Source: Octopus sinensis
Taxonomy: Eukaryota
Assembly (NCBI RefSeq): GCF_006345805.1
Contig: NC_043006.1
Coordinates: 39,432,001-39,496,000, forward strand
Direction of reading: 5' to 3'
DNA length: 64,000 bases
Made by a program: the position numbers and the translations under genes. Shown in pieces: positions 38,897 to 52,735 of this stretch; positions within the stretch are counted from its first letter, which is position 1, and each line of letters opens with the position of its first letter. A model generated the notes under the pieces. The model made no database searches and was not told where the DNA came from. It was given only the letters and a program-made list of their open reading frames with translations.

Positions 38897-39114
38897 ATGA
38901 GTATGCACCGAATTTTTTTTCTTCTCATTATAAAAGTGAAAAATAAAATGGCTTGCAGCATCAGACTATTGAAGGAGTTACTACATGAGAGGCCACGTTT
39001 AAGGATTTGAAACAATTTTAAAATTCTGTCATGAAAACAGACATTTTCTCATAAGAGAGTTCCAAGTCACTCCTTTAAAGGCGTAACAATTATTCCAGGT
39101 TCTCTCTCTTTCTC

Positions 39115-39181
<67 letters not shown>

Positions 39182-39289
39182 CTCGAGTTAACGAGAATAC
39201 GTTTAGGTGGTCACTCGAAATGCTAGAAATACCGGGAAAATCTCCCTCAACTCCTACTTTAAGCTCTTATGTAATTACACATTAGAGAA

Positions 39290-40060
39290 AGGCGGCGAGT
39301 GGCAGAAACGCTAGAACGCCGGGCGAAATGCGTAGCCGTATTTCGTCTGCCGTTACGTTCTGAGTTCAAATTCCGCCGAGGTCGACTTTGCCTTTCATCC
39401 TTTCGGGGTCGATAAATTAAGTACCAGTCACACACTGGGGTCGATATAATCGACTTAATCCGTTTGTCTTTCCTTGTTTGTCCTCTCTGTGTTTAGCCCC
39501 TTGTAGGTAGTAAAGAAATAGGTATTTCGTCTGCCGCTAAGTTCTGAGTTCAAATTCCACCGAGGTCGACTTTGCCTTTCACCCTTTCGGGGTCGATTAA
39601 ATAAGTACCAGTTACGCACTGGGGTCGATATAATGAACTTAATCCGTTTGTCTGTCCTTGTTTGTCCCCTCTGTGTTTAGCCCCTTGTGGATAGTAAAGA
39701 AATAGGTATTTCGTCTGAGTTCAAATTCCGCCGAGGTCGACTTTGCCTGTCATCCTTTCAGGGTTGATAAATTAAGTACCAGTTGCGTATTGAAGTCCAT
39801 CTAATCGACTGGCCCACTCCCCCAAAATTTCGGGCCTTGTGCTCAGAGTAGAAAAGAGTACTGTTAGCACGTCAAACAAAATGCCTAGCGACGTTTATTC
39901 CGGCGCTTTACGTTCTGAGTTCAAATTCCACCGAGGCCGATTTTACCTTTCATCTTTCTGGAGTCAGTGAAACGGTGTATCAGTCGAATACTGGGCTCCA
40001 TGCAATCAATTCGTTCCATATACTTAAAGTTGCTGGCCTTGTGCCAAAATTTGAAACAAA
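39290..40060 (+). mobile_element. SINE family A multimer (3-4 core units, mixed tails)
   Basis: Units start at about 39290, 39521, 39708 and 39860; junction AAAGAAATA|GGTATTTCGTCTG occurs twice. Confidence 0.9.
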
Positions 40061-40847
40061 AAACTTATACATTAGATAGTCTGGCATGTTAATTGAGAAA
40101 TGGCTACATTGGTCCACACGGTCGGAATACCTTTTATCTGAGGTCTATTCCATTAGGTTGACCTGGGGCTAAACAACAATGAACCCACAAAGAATCTCAT
40201 TATCTCCCCCTTTTACCTCACCTCTCCCTCTGTATTCTCTCTCTCTTTTCCCCTTGTCTCTTATTCTTTCAGCCTCCCTCTCAATTTCATTTTCACTCTC
40301 ACATACACGTTACCTTCTCTCCTGTCTGTTCTCTCTCTTCCATCTGTCTTCCCCCACCTCTTTTATCACAACCCCCTTCTCCCTTTCTCTCACTCTGTGC
40401 TCCCTGCTAAACGTAATAAAACATTGTTCAGTGTTTATCCATTATTCCCTTCACTGTATAACACAAGCCGCGGACCACATTGCCGCGCCGTCTTTATAAT
40501 AGCACAACAGACAGCGTAGCACTGAGATGAAAACGATATGATTTTGGTTGACTTGAATGCATTATTACCAAAGATCAGCTTGACCAGAGCTGACTTGGGT
40601 GCTAAGCAACATAACAACAAAACAGCAGTTATAGTGTTCCTTCTAATTTTCATAAAAGTTAGTAATTTTGAGGGGAAGGGCAACTGATTATATCAAACTC
40701 CAGTGCTCAAACGGTACATATTGTATCGATTGCGAACGGATGAAAGGCAAAGGTGACCCTGGTGGAATTTGAAATCAGACCGTAAAGAATTATTAAAAAT
40801 TAAAAACACGACAATTATAATAATCGCTTTATATTTAAGCCCTTTTC

Positions 40848-41188
40848 GCAGTCATAGGATCGCGGTTTCGATTCCCAGACTGGGCATTGTGAGTGTTTAT
40901 TGAACAAAAACACAAAGCTCCATGAGGCTCCGGCAGGTGGGGGGTGGCGAACCCTGCTGTATTCTTTCACCACAACTTTCTCTTACACTTTCTTCCTGTT
41001 TCTGTCGTACCTGTATTTCAAAGGGCCAGCCTTGTCACATTCTGTGTCACGCTGAATCTCCCCGAGAACTACGTTAAGGGTACACGTGCCTGTGGAGTGC
41101 CCAGCCACTTGCACGTTAATTTCACGAGCAGGCTGTTCCGTTGATCGGATCAGCTGGAACCCGCGTCGTCGTAACCGACGGAGTTCCA
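40848..41188 (+). mobile_element. SINE family B (head B + tail alpha), 5'-clipped
   Basis: Near-colinear with 12710-13050. Confidence 0.9.
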
Positions 41189-41959
41189 CGATTTAAGCCC
41201 TTTACAGCAACACTTGTATACTTATGACTCGCCATCACAAAACAGCCACTAACACTGCCTCCCTCTAGTGAGCACTTCTAACAACTATAACTGCATTCAT
41301 AATTTATAGAGCTGTGCTAAGGTCAGACGGAGGGAAAGATAGTGTAGAGGTTTATGAGACGACGTCAGGCTATGATGAATTATGAACCTAAAAGACCATC
41401 GACCGAATTGTACGACAGCTGCTTAACCACGCGGCCGTCACAACAGGTCATGCATTGGATAATATATCAGGAAGCCAGTGTTCGAAACCGCGTCCCATTA
41501 AGATAATTAAGTCATTTATCATTTCGTTATGAGACGCACAGCACGAGTGGAGACGAAATGCTGGGCTCCGTCGGATCTGTTTTGCTATGTGTAATAATAA
41601 TTATCTATGACATTTTAAATTGAAGTCGAAGCAATGACGAGGTGGAATTAATTTAAAGACAAAATAATGCAAAACCAAAGCTGTTTTAAGAAGAAAAAAA
41701 AGGACTTTTTTTTTTCTTTTTCGATACATGGAGAGCTTTGTCTTTTTAAACATGGTGGTTAATTGGTGACACGTTGGAACATTTGTATATATTAAGGCAA
41801 AACACTGGAAAATGTCACAAAGTTAATACTTTACCTATATAGGAATTCTATTCTCACTTTGTGAATGGTATTTCTTTGAGGCAATGAGGTGAAAATGCTT
41901 GCTGATGTTCGAGTTGTTATTGTTGTCGCTGTTGTAGTAGTAGCACTAGTCACTGGTGT

Positions 41960-42250
41960 TGTTCTTCATTTCCTTTTTCTTCGCTTCCTTCTTTTTCTTC
42001 CTCTCCCCTCCTTCGTCTTCTCCTCTATCTTCTCCTTCTCCTTCGTTTTCTTTGTTTCCTACTCCTTATCTTCCTTCATCTTCCCATTCTCCTGCTCCTC
42101 TATTTCGCATCTTTATTTTTCTGCTCCTCCTTCTTTCTCCTCCTCCTCCTCCTCCCTTTCTCCTAATCTTCATCCTTCTTCATTTCCTCCTCCTTTTCTT
42201 CTTTTTTTGCTGCCCCTCCGCTTCTTCTTCCTCCTCCTCTCCTTCCTTCA
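41960..42250. repeat. Long polypyrimidine (CT/CTT/CCT) tract
   Basis: Direct reading; a complementary-type purine-rich tract lies at about 61230-61790. Confidence 0.85.
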
Positions 42251-43015
42251 GACAACCCATTCGCGTCACACGCATCTACATCATAGCGTTTCAAACCAGT
42301 AGCCCTTTTCCTAATGGTGGCGCTGCAGAAGCAGTTATTTGATACATCCTTAACACAGACATTCATTGAGGTCAGAGGCTCAAGGACCAAAGAAAGGACT
42401 CCAAACCGTCGCTACACAAGCCATGAACAGTCTGCAAATTCCTTCAGCATACGGGGGAAAAAAAGGACATGTTGTTGGACGGACAATGTGGTCCTCCTTA
42501 TGCGAGCAAATTGAATAATAACTGCTAACAAGCCAGTTGTTCTTATATATATATATGTCCAATTAAGGATAACCTAGTTCTTAACACGAACTCAAGAAAC
42601 GTAGGGATAGAGCTCCCTCTTTTCTGGTCACACCGACTGAAGGAGCTGAACTTAATACGTATGTCACTTGTGTTTATAGTAGTTAGAAAAGAAAAATTAT
42701 ACCTCTAACACTTTTCTTTTATTCATCATAAAGGTTACAATGAAGAGAGGACGAAACAAAGACAGACAGACAATAAAAACTTTAAAATTACAAAAAATTA
42801 ATAAAGATGAAAAAAAAAAAACGAATGATGAACAAGGATGAAGTGGAGGACGTGGTCGAACCCACAAACCACACTCCCACACTGAAATTTTTATTTTTCC
42901 TTTGTGTTCCCGCTCAAACAGGTTCAATCACTCTCAACACACTTGCTACAGACTTACATCTTTCTTAACTATGCCTCAAACTGTTACATACACAGGTGAG
43001 TAAAACAATACCGTG

Positions 43016-43330
43016 AAGGTGTGTGGCTCCGTGGCTAGGGTATCCGGCTCATGGTTGTAAGGACGGGAGTTCCATTCCTGACGGCGCGTTATATCCCTGA
43101 AGTAAAAAAAAATATTTCACATTGTTCCAGTCTACTAAGCTGGCAAGGATAAGTTTTACTTGTAATTCAAAGGGCCAACCTTGCCATATTCCATGTTACA
43201 CCGAATCTTCTCGAGAATTACGATAAGGGTAGGCGTGTCTGTGGAGCACTCGGCTACTTGCACGTTAATATCTCGAAGAGACTTTTCTGTTGTTCGTATC
43301 AACTGAAAACCTTGTAAACGATAGAGTGCT
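43016..43330 (+). mobile_element. Chimeric SINE: head C-like + tail alpha (diverged)
   Basis: GAAGGTGTGTGGCTCCGTGGCTAGGG...TTTCACATTGTTCCAGTCTACTAAGCTGGC joined to TTCAAAGGGCCAACCTTG...CGAGAATTACGATAAGGGTAGGCGTGTCTGTGGAGCACTC. Confidence 0.7.
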
Positions 43331-43359
43331 AGTAAAACTACACCACTGAGGGAGATCTA

Positions 43360-44094
43360 TAGGGTGATTCAAAAGTCGCCATACATAGGAAAAAATTATT
43401 CTTTTATAAGAAACTGATTATAAGAACAATAATAAATCTCTGAACGAAATGTAAACAGTAACCGCTCGACAACGTAAATTATAATAGCTATCTCAATATG
43501 GCTAACCACTAAGGGAGGTCTGCAAACAGGTCTTCCTTTTCATCGTAAACCGGTGATTACCGTGCGTTGACAAGAGGCAAATACCTCGAAACTGCAGTCC
43601 GTGCGTATCACTTAGGCTTACGAGAGGGATGACCACCCTTTGCAAATACCATAAGGGCACAGATAGTGTGCCTAAAGCCAGCTGGAGACGATGATCTCCT
43701 GGGGCTAAAAGCTACAGTAACACCCACCCTTAGTGGTTAGCCATATTGAGATGGCTATTATACTTAACGTAGATTACAAGAACAGTTTTTTTTAAATTTA
43801 TTTAACAGGCTGTATTGGTTACCATTGTTTTGAATACACATTGCAATACGTTTACCCCACTCAATATGAACTCGTAATTGCACATCTGGCGATACATATG
43901 CAAAGGGGTTGGTGATGCATTCCTTCAAGTGATTTATGTCTTTTATCTTTCCGCGATAAACCATGCCTTTCAAATGCCCCCAAAGATAGAAATCAAGAGG
44001 GGTCAGATCAAGGGATCTAGGGGATCATATAAACCGTTTATTATTAAAAAAATAAATTTTTTCCTATGTATGGAGACGTTTGAATCATCCTCTA
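43360..44094 (-). mobile_element. Internally deleted Tc1/mariner-superfamily transposon
   Basis: TIRs TAGGGTGATTCAAAAGTCGCCATACATAGGAAAAA / TTTTTCCTATGTATGGAGACGTTTGAATCATCC, TA-flanked. Minus strand reads PRSLDLTPLDFYLWGHLKGMVY...LKECI...CIQNNG (SPDLTPxD motif, third catalytic D; maT/DD37D-like by inference). Confidence 0.85.
43484..43758. mobile_element. MITE nested inside the Tc1/mariner element
   Basis: 32-bp TIR ATAGC(T/C)ATCTCAATATGGCTAACCACTAAGGG with 1 mismatch; TA on both sides (43482-83 and 43759-60). Confidence 0.9.
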
Positions 44095-44147
44095 TATACA
44101 ACCAACGGAGCTTCTATAGAAGGTTACATGCTAAGAGGTCTGAGATA

Positions 44148-44515
44148 TCTTTATATATATAAACGGCAAAATGTCTCTGTGTGTGTGTGTCCTTTATACA
44201 AATCCACAATTTTTCAGTTAGAGGGCTCGTACTTTCTATGATCATTTAAACCCGTCCAAGAATGGTCGTGCACATCTTTATTGTTTCCCCAGTCACTCTG
44301 CAAAGCCATTAAGAATCAATAGAAGTGACTTGCTTGTGAATTTTCTTTCGAAAACCCAATCAAAATGCCCGAAACTTGATACGCCAATTGAATGCCAGCT
44401 AGCTGTATGTGATTGGTCGGAGATTTGGACAGTACTCAAGTGTATGTGCGCATTCACGCAGCTGATTATGCATGCACTAGCACTATGACTCGGCAACGCC
44501 GGTTCATAGTGCTAG
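44148..44515 (+). mobile_element. Non-autonomous Helitron-like element
   Basis: A|TCTTTATATATATAAAC... start; ends in CTAG|T; terminal palindrome ACTAGCACTATGA-CTCGGCAACGCCGGT-TCATAGTGCTAGT. Confidence 0.7.
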
Positions 44516-44754
44516 TACACGATTAACGAAATACGTCAAAGCTCCATTGAACTATGGATTGGTGGACTTAAGGTGTGGGAGACTCTTTGTTAGAACACTG
44601 ACAATGGTATCGCAATTTCTTGTTGAACAACCTACTCAGACGATATGCTTATAGTAATCAAATGTTTGTGCTGTGTACAAAAGCTCATTTCCTCTATCAA
44701 ACCGATGCTCTCTGCACGGATGCATAGTGTGCCACATGTCAGATATCAAAACGC

Positions 44755-44880
44755 TCGCAGAGCAATGGTGAAATGAAGTTTATTCTCAAGAACACAAAGC
44801 GTCGCCCGGTCCGAGAATCAAAACTACGACCTTGCTATCGTGACTACAGCACCTTAACCAAGAAGCCACACACTTACACA
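44755..44880 (-). mobile_element. SINE family C-like head (diverged)
   Basis: Reverse complement GTGTGGCTTCTTGGTTAAGGTGCTG...GGGCGACGCTTTGTGTTCTTGAG. Confidence 0.65.
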
Positions 44881-45104
44881 AGTTTCGGATTAAAAGTGTT
44901 AATACTCAGACTTCTGAGTTCTTTATTATAAGAGACCTGACCGTTCATATGAACTTGACACCCGCAAGGACATCCTATAATAATAATTAAGTCATTTGGT
45001 CACACACAAGGCAGCGGTCCACATTTGGCTTGACCTGACACGCTGGTGCACCAAAGGGTTCATTTAGGTGTCATTTTAGATCTTCTAAGAATATACTTAT
45101 ACGT

Positions 45105-45315
45105 TGGGCAACTGGCAGAATCGTTACCGCGCCGCACAAAATACTTAGCAACATTTCTTCCGACTTTTTGTTCTGAGCTCAAATGCTGCCGGTGTCGACT
45201 TTGCCTTTCATCCTTTCAGGATCGATAAAATAGATACCAGTTTATCACTGGGGGTCGATTTAATCGATTTACCTACTGCTCAGAAATTGCTGGCTTTGAG
45301 GCAAATTTTGAAACT
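45105..45315 (+). mobile_element. SINE family A
   Basis: GCAACTGGCAGAATCGTTA...GTCGACTTTGCCTTTCATCCTTTCAGGATCGATAAAATAG. Confidence 0.8.
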
Positions 45316-45919
45316 AACATATTTTTAGTTTGACGTCGTGGTAAGAGGTCATAATAAAGTTCACATTTCGGAATCTATCAGACACACAGCAGCACATGTG
45401 TTTGAACAAGACCAGCTGCAGCAGTATTAAGAGTCGCTTCCTTCATTTAATTTATCTTTGCTCTTTTTTTGTATTTTTTACTCTGTGATCTTTTTGTCAT
45501 ACTCTGCTGCCAGACACATTCAATTTTTCGACACCTCACAAATGATGTGATTTCACAGTCCTATCATGCTGAGTCACCTATATATAAGCAATCAATTCAG
45601 TCCATCTTTATCAAATTATAATGAATTCAAGCATTGTAACCGCTTTTATTTACCCCAATTTCTTCAAAAGCTAATGAACAATAGATTTTTATGAACCCAA
45701 ATTACTTCTGACCCTATTAGTATAGCAAGGACTTTCTCATTGATGTTTGTCATAATATTGTTGTAATCAATATTTGATAACTGCCTGGCACTGAAATGAA
45801 CAGATATAAATTTTTCTTGGTGTTTCATCTTGAATTTCTCCATACACAGCGCATATTCATTCTAAACATAGGGATTTGATTTCTCCTCTCACTCCACACG
45901 ATCTTTTGTAATAGTATTC

Positions 45920-46680
<761 letters not shown>

Positions 46681-46860
46681 TAAAATGTTGTCAAAAGTTG
46701 CTACTTCAAAGAAGAAACGCCGACTCCGGTATTTATGGCGAATTGTTTTATAAATTAGAACATTATGCTTTAAATATGCTTGTTTTGCATTTTGCTAAAG
46801 AAAAATAACAACACGAAGCAAATTTTTTGGACAACCAAGAAAGTGTTGTTTTGCAATGTA

Positions 46861-47230
46861 CAGGGTTGACCAAAAGTCTCCTGACAGAAAATCAAAACCA
46901 TTTAATACCAAGATATATTTATGGGATCTTTGCCTTTTGACCTACAGATTAAAAAAAAAAAAAATTGTTTTTTTTTGTGTTAAAATTTTTTTAAAATCTA
47001 TAGGTCAAAAGGTAAAGATTCAACTCTTTTGTAACACTTTCAAACCGGGCGCTGCTAGAATGTGTCATAGAAAACATCTTGGATCTTTACCATTTGACCT
47101 TCAGATTTAAAAAATGATTTTTTTGTAACTAATTTAGTTACAACCCTAACCCTAATTTTTTGTAACTAAACACTTTCTAACTTGCGACACTGGTAGAATG
47201 TGTCATATAAAACATGTTTTAATCTTAGCA
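46861..47230 (+). mobile_element. Tc1-like left end with internal subrepeats (no right TIR seen)
   Basis: TA|CAGGGTTGACCAAAAGTC. Inverted pair CCTTTTGACCTACAGATT / AATCTATAGGTCAAAAGG, plus a direct repeat TAGAATGTGTCATA twice. Confidence 0.55.
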
Positions 47231-47374
47231 TTTTTGAGAAAATCTTATATTATACTACAATTATATTTTTATATTTATACATAATATATATATATATGCT
47301 ATGCTGTATATATAGAATCTGTCTATCAGTTCATTATGTATGTATCTCTCTCCCTCTCCCTCATATATATATAT

Positions 47375-47407
<33 letters not shown>

Positions 47408-47587
47408 ATTATATATCATATGCCATTCATTCTACCACGTCTATAAATGTACATAAAATGTTAAAAAATACTGGATTTATCCATAAATCATCTACACACA
47501 AGCAGTATTCATTATTTAAATTTTATTGCATTTCTTTCATACATACACCAGTCCTACACATAAAAACGCCTAAATGTGTGTGTGTGT

Positions 47588-47629
<42 letters not shown>

Positions 47630-47788
47630 GCATTGCTTATGTAGGTACAGGAATGCATACTATCTACATTTGCACATTTTCATCAATTAATAGACTTTCA
47701 ATTTCCAATTAGTTATTCAAGAAGACAGAAAATGCATGCGTTCATACATAATATATATCGCTCTCTTTCTCTCTCTTTCTCTCTCTCT

Positions 47789-47841
<53 letters not shown>

Positions 47842-47870
47842 ATTATATTCCACACTCCTCTCTCTCTTTA

Positions 47871-47935
<65 letters not shown>

Positions 47936-48267
47936 GCATATATGTTCATTTGCTTATGTAAGCATTCATGAATTCAAATATTTTATCCGCTCATCAAAAA
48001 CTTATCGTTAGTTACCATCACAAACTTCTAACAGAGCTTAATATTTATTGTTGCAGTCAATATTCATTGATGGACAAAGTTTGATGCATTAGAGTTAGTA
48101 ATATGAACCTGTGTATGTGTGTGTGTGTATATGTGTATGTGTGTGTGTCTGTCTGTGTACACACGCACACGATCACACGCACACATACATATATACATGC
48201 GTACACATATAGACACATATTTATATTTACTTATGTATGCATGTATGTATATGTATGCATATCTATG

Positions 48268-48312
<45 letters not shown>

Positions 48313-48404
48313 ATATCTATGTATATATCTATGTATATCTATGTGTATATATATATATATATATATAATCTTTGTATATATAAATATATCTATATATATA
48401 CATG

Positions 48405-48447
<43 letters not shown>

Positions 48448-48510
48448 ATATATGTTTATCTGTGTATATATATATATATATAATGCGAGTGTGTGTGTGT
48501 GTATGTATGC

Positions 48511-48822
48511 TGAGGCACAATGGCCCAATGGTTAGGGCAGCAGACTCGCGGTTTCAATTCCCAGACCGGACATTGTGAGTGTTTATTGAGGGGGTGGTGG
48601 GGAACCCGGCTGTACTCTTTCACTAGAACTTCCTCTTACTCTTTCTTCCTGTTTCTGTTGTACCTGTATTTCAAAGAGCCAGCCTTGTCACAGTCCGTAT
48701 CACGCAGAATCTCTCCGAGAACTACGTCAAGGGTAAACGTGCCTGTGGAGTGCTCAGCCACTTGCACGTTAATTTCACGAGCAGGCTGTTCCGTTAATTG
48801 GATTAATTGGAACCCTCGTCGT
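48511..48822 (+). mobile_element. SINE family B (head B + tail alpha) with internal deletions
   Basis: Homology to 12675-13056. Confidence 0.85.
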
Positions 48823-48840
48823 GCCACGATGATAAATATG

Positions 48841-48872
<32 letters not shown>

Positions 48873-49906
48873 TGTATGTATGTATGTATGTATGTATGTA
48901 TGTTCATATATATATATATATTTATATACATGCAGGAGTTTCGGGATTTTTTATACAAAGTCAAGATGGAACTCATTGCATATGGTAGTGCTTGTCCATA
49001 GCCCTGTGTGTATGGATGAAATTTCTCTCTCTTGATACCTGCAGTTTTCTTTTCCTGCCACCCCAGCACTGCCCGGTTCCATCCACTAATGTAGGCGACA
49101 AAACTTCCAGAAAGCAAGAAGTGCTTTGCTGATTCAAGTTTTGTGACTCTGGGCCGGATATTTCTACCATCCCCAGTGGTCGTTCTTGCAAATCTACCTA
49201 CCACTCTCTCTTGAGCCGGGTATAACGGTTTGTCTCCTCACTTGCTGCTGCTGCTTATACTTTTCTGATATCTTGTTTTCTCTTGCTGACAGATAATCCA
49301 AAATTCCTGAGCATTTCATCCTGTTTCCAATAAATCCTCTAATCCTTTAATACCTCTGTCTCTCTCTTTATCTCTCACTCGCTTTCACTCTCTCTGTCTC
49401 TATCTCTTTCTCTCTATCTCTACCTCTTTCTCTCTCTCAATCTATCTCTTTCTCTTTCTCTTTCTCTTTCTCTATCTCTCTATCTCTCTCTCCCTCCCTC
49501 CCCCCGCTGTTTATAGAGGTTTGAAGGTATATTTTATGACGTGTGCCTGTTATATTAGGATTTCTTCGGCTACCACCAGAGATTCGACTTCCAGGCTGCA
49601 AATACTTCATCCGCTGCCATAATGGTGCTAGGCCTCTACCAAACAGTCAATACTCTGAGATTAATCCTCCTACTCCTCCGCGTTCTCCTCCACTTGCTCG
49701 TTAGCTACTGCTCCTACCCCTCTCCTCCTCCCCTTCTTCTTCTTCATCATTTTCCACTTCTTTTTCTTCTTCATCATATATAAAAATATCTATTTATTTA
49801 ATTTTTTTTATTTTATCCAGTTTCAGCTCACGAGCTGTGGCCATGCTGGGGCAACCGCCATATATATATATACAAACACACACACAACATCTACGTATAT
49901 GTACGC

Positions 49907-49939
<33 letters not shown>

Positions 49940-50041
49940 ATTATATATATAATATATATATATATATGTCTGTGTGTATGTACGTATATATACATGGACA
50001 GACACACACCTATATGCATATCAATAACTTGTGATGCTGTC

Positions 50042-50118
<77 letters not shown>

Positions 50119-50152
50119 CATATAGATAGATACATATATACCCATATATACT

Positions 50153-50196
<44 letters not shown>

Positions 50197-50911
50197 TGGG
50201 GTTTTGTGTGAGTGTATCTGTGTACCTCTATATATGTAAGTATATGTACTTGTAAGCGATGTTTATAACTATATACTGGGTGTAAAACAACCAGCAAGAA
50301 AAAGTTCTGATGAAAGAGTAGTTTGGCAAATAATGACAAGTTTTTGATGAACTATAAACGTTAGAATACATATTTTACTTGTGTAATTAAAAAGGCAATG
50401 AACTGACGTTATACACATACGTACGAATACACACACATACATACATATATATAAATATTGTGTGGGTGTATATACATATATATATATATCATTTATATAT
50501 GTATATATTGTTATATATATATATATATAATATATATATAATATATATATATATTATATATATAGATATATATTATATATATATATATATTTATACATAT
50601 ATATGTGTGCGAGGCTTTTGTCATCGTTAAAGCGTAACTGGATATCCAATGTAAATGTGGATGTAAATTTGATAGTAGGTTTTCTGATGCCGAAATAGTT
50701 AATATTTGCAAAATAAATGAATTGTAATGCAATAAACATTAAATAATGTTTATTGTTTGTGTATAATTAAATAGATATGTATTTTACTCATAAATAATTA
50801 GATGTAGAAAGAGGACTTTCTCTACGTGTAACACACAAACATATATATTATATATATATGTATAAAATTACGTTATATTATTCTGTATTATATTTGTCTA
50901 CAATGTGTATG

Positions 50912-50973
<62 letters not shown>

Positions 50974-51076
50974 CACGTTTTTTGTTCTCTTCTTTTTTTA
51001 ATTATTTGAGTTTTCCTGTAAGGAAGGAGCTGGTTTCTAACAAAGACTCAACACGCCCATCACTGGATGTAACCAG

Positions 51077-51119
<43 letters not shown>

Positions 51120-51181
51120 TATATATATATAATATATATATATATATTATATATATATATAGATATAATACATATATATAT

Positions 51182-51224
<43 letters not shown>

Positions 51225-51619
51225 GTATATATAAATTTATAAAATGTCACATTTTGAATTTGGAGAAACTCTTTTGCATTTCTTTTTTAACGGTTCCGCT
51301 CGGAGATTGTAATTGTAATGTACATCTTATGTACGCATGCACGTATGTCTCTCTCTGTCTGTCTGTATGTCTATCCATTTATTCCTTTTCCTCTTCCTTC
51401 TTCATTCCTTCTCCCCCCTCTCTCTCTCGATACACATATACATATATATAAATACCTGTGTGTCTACACACTCACACATACACACACAACAATGCATCAA
51501 ACCGACAATTGGAATGCATGGTCTTACATTCAATTCTTTAGTTACGAGCGTTTCGATTCCATATGGAATAAATATTTCCAAGACTATAAATCTTGATACG
51601 AACATTAATATAAACGACA

Positions 51620-51840
51620 TTGTAATGTTGATTTCAAGTTTTGCCACAAAGCCAGCAATGTTGAGGGTGGGGTTAAATCGAATACTTAGACCCTAATACT
51701 TAACGGTGCCTATTTTATCGACCATTGAATGTTGACGGGCAGTTTACCTCGGTGGAATTTGAACTCAGAACTTATTGACAAGCGAAATGCCGCTAAGCAT
51801 TTTTTCCGGCGTGCTAATGATTTTGCCAACACGCCGCCTT
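51620..51840 (-). mobile_element. SINE family A
   Basis: Homology to family A. Confidence 0.75.
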
Positions 51841-51959
51841 AAATGATTTTTACAATATGACAAAATATTACAAATGACAAATGAATGAACGATTATCTTT
51901 TGAACTTCATTAGGTTACTGCTGTTTCTTCTCTCCATGCAGTGGATTCATAGTTGAGCA

Positions 51960-52075
51960 GTTGAGTAACATCAGCGCTTCGAATGTGAAGTGCAAAATAC
52001 AATGTAATTCTTTTCCCTATATAAATTGCACTTCATATTTGATGTTCCGATGAAGCTGTAAGATGTTACCCAGGC
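51960..52075. other. Imperfect hairpin / MITE-like relic
   Basis: TCGAATGTGAAGTGCAA pairs with TTGCACTTCATATTTGA; outer TAACATC / GATGTTA. Confidence 0.5.
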
Positions 52076-52324
52076 ACTCATCTTAGAGCAGAAACAGCGG
52101 TAAGAGTATGAAGTTCAAAAGATAATTATCTATTCTTTTGTTACCTTTCTTTCTTATTACCGCTCGATACTCAGCCAACTCTTCGTTCTGAAACATACGT
52201 ATACTGAATTCTACATCGGGGTATTGGTCTCGCAATGCGTAACCGAATTACTACAACATATTAGAATATGCCCAGCTATCTGAGAAAGTGTCCAAAGTAA
52301 CACAGTTTACACTTGTATATTCTT

Positions 52325-52735
52325 TTATTCTTTAATTCATTTCTTTGTTTCGGGTATTTCACTTCACTGCGGCCATGCTGGAGCACCGCCTTGAAAGTTT
52401 TTTTAGTCGAACAAATTTATCCCAGGACATCTTTTAAAAATCTTTTTTCAAAGCTTAATACTTATTCTATCTGTCTCTTTGCCGAACCGCTAAAATACAG
52501 GGACGTAAACACAAAAACACCGGTTGTCAAGTGGCGATAGGAAGAAAAACACTAACACAAAGATGCACACACACACACAGACATACTTATACACACGGAC
52601 ACTAATATAAGACGGGCTTTTTCAGTTTTCGCCTACGAAAACCCACTCACAAGGCTTCATATTTCAAAGTCAATTTGTACCAAGCGGCTTCACTCTGCGT
52701 CCTTTAGATCCATCACCATAGCAACAGTACCGATA
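52325..52735 (-). mobile_element. SINE family D (52325-52660) abutting a mariner TIR fragment (52664-52735)
   Basis: D tail and head reverse complements; AAGGTCAAT...CCAAGCGGCTT...ATAGCAACAGTACCGATAC-like sequence matches the TIR region at 28716-28800. Confidence 0.65.

Noticed and set aside
39290-40060. CRISPR-like or satellite array
   Set aside because: The repeats are SINE modules of about 180 bp with no unique spacers; eukaryotic context.
47142-47154. Telomere-like ACCCTAACCCTAA
   Set aside because: Only two units, inside a transposon remnant.
48935-48983. Plus-strand micro-exon EFRDFLYKVKMELIAYG
   Set aside because: The acceptor lies in a (TA)n tract with no pyrimidine run, and no compatible neighbouring exon was found.
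50300-50370. TTCTGATGA...TAAACGTTAGAA hammerhead-like pieces
   Set aside because: G12 is absent and stems I and II do not form convincingly.
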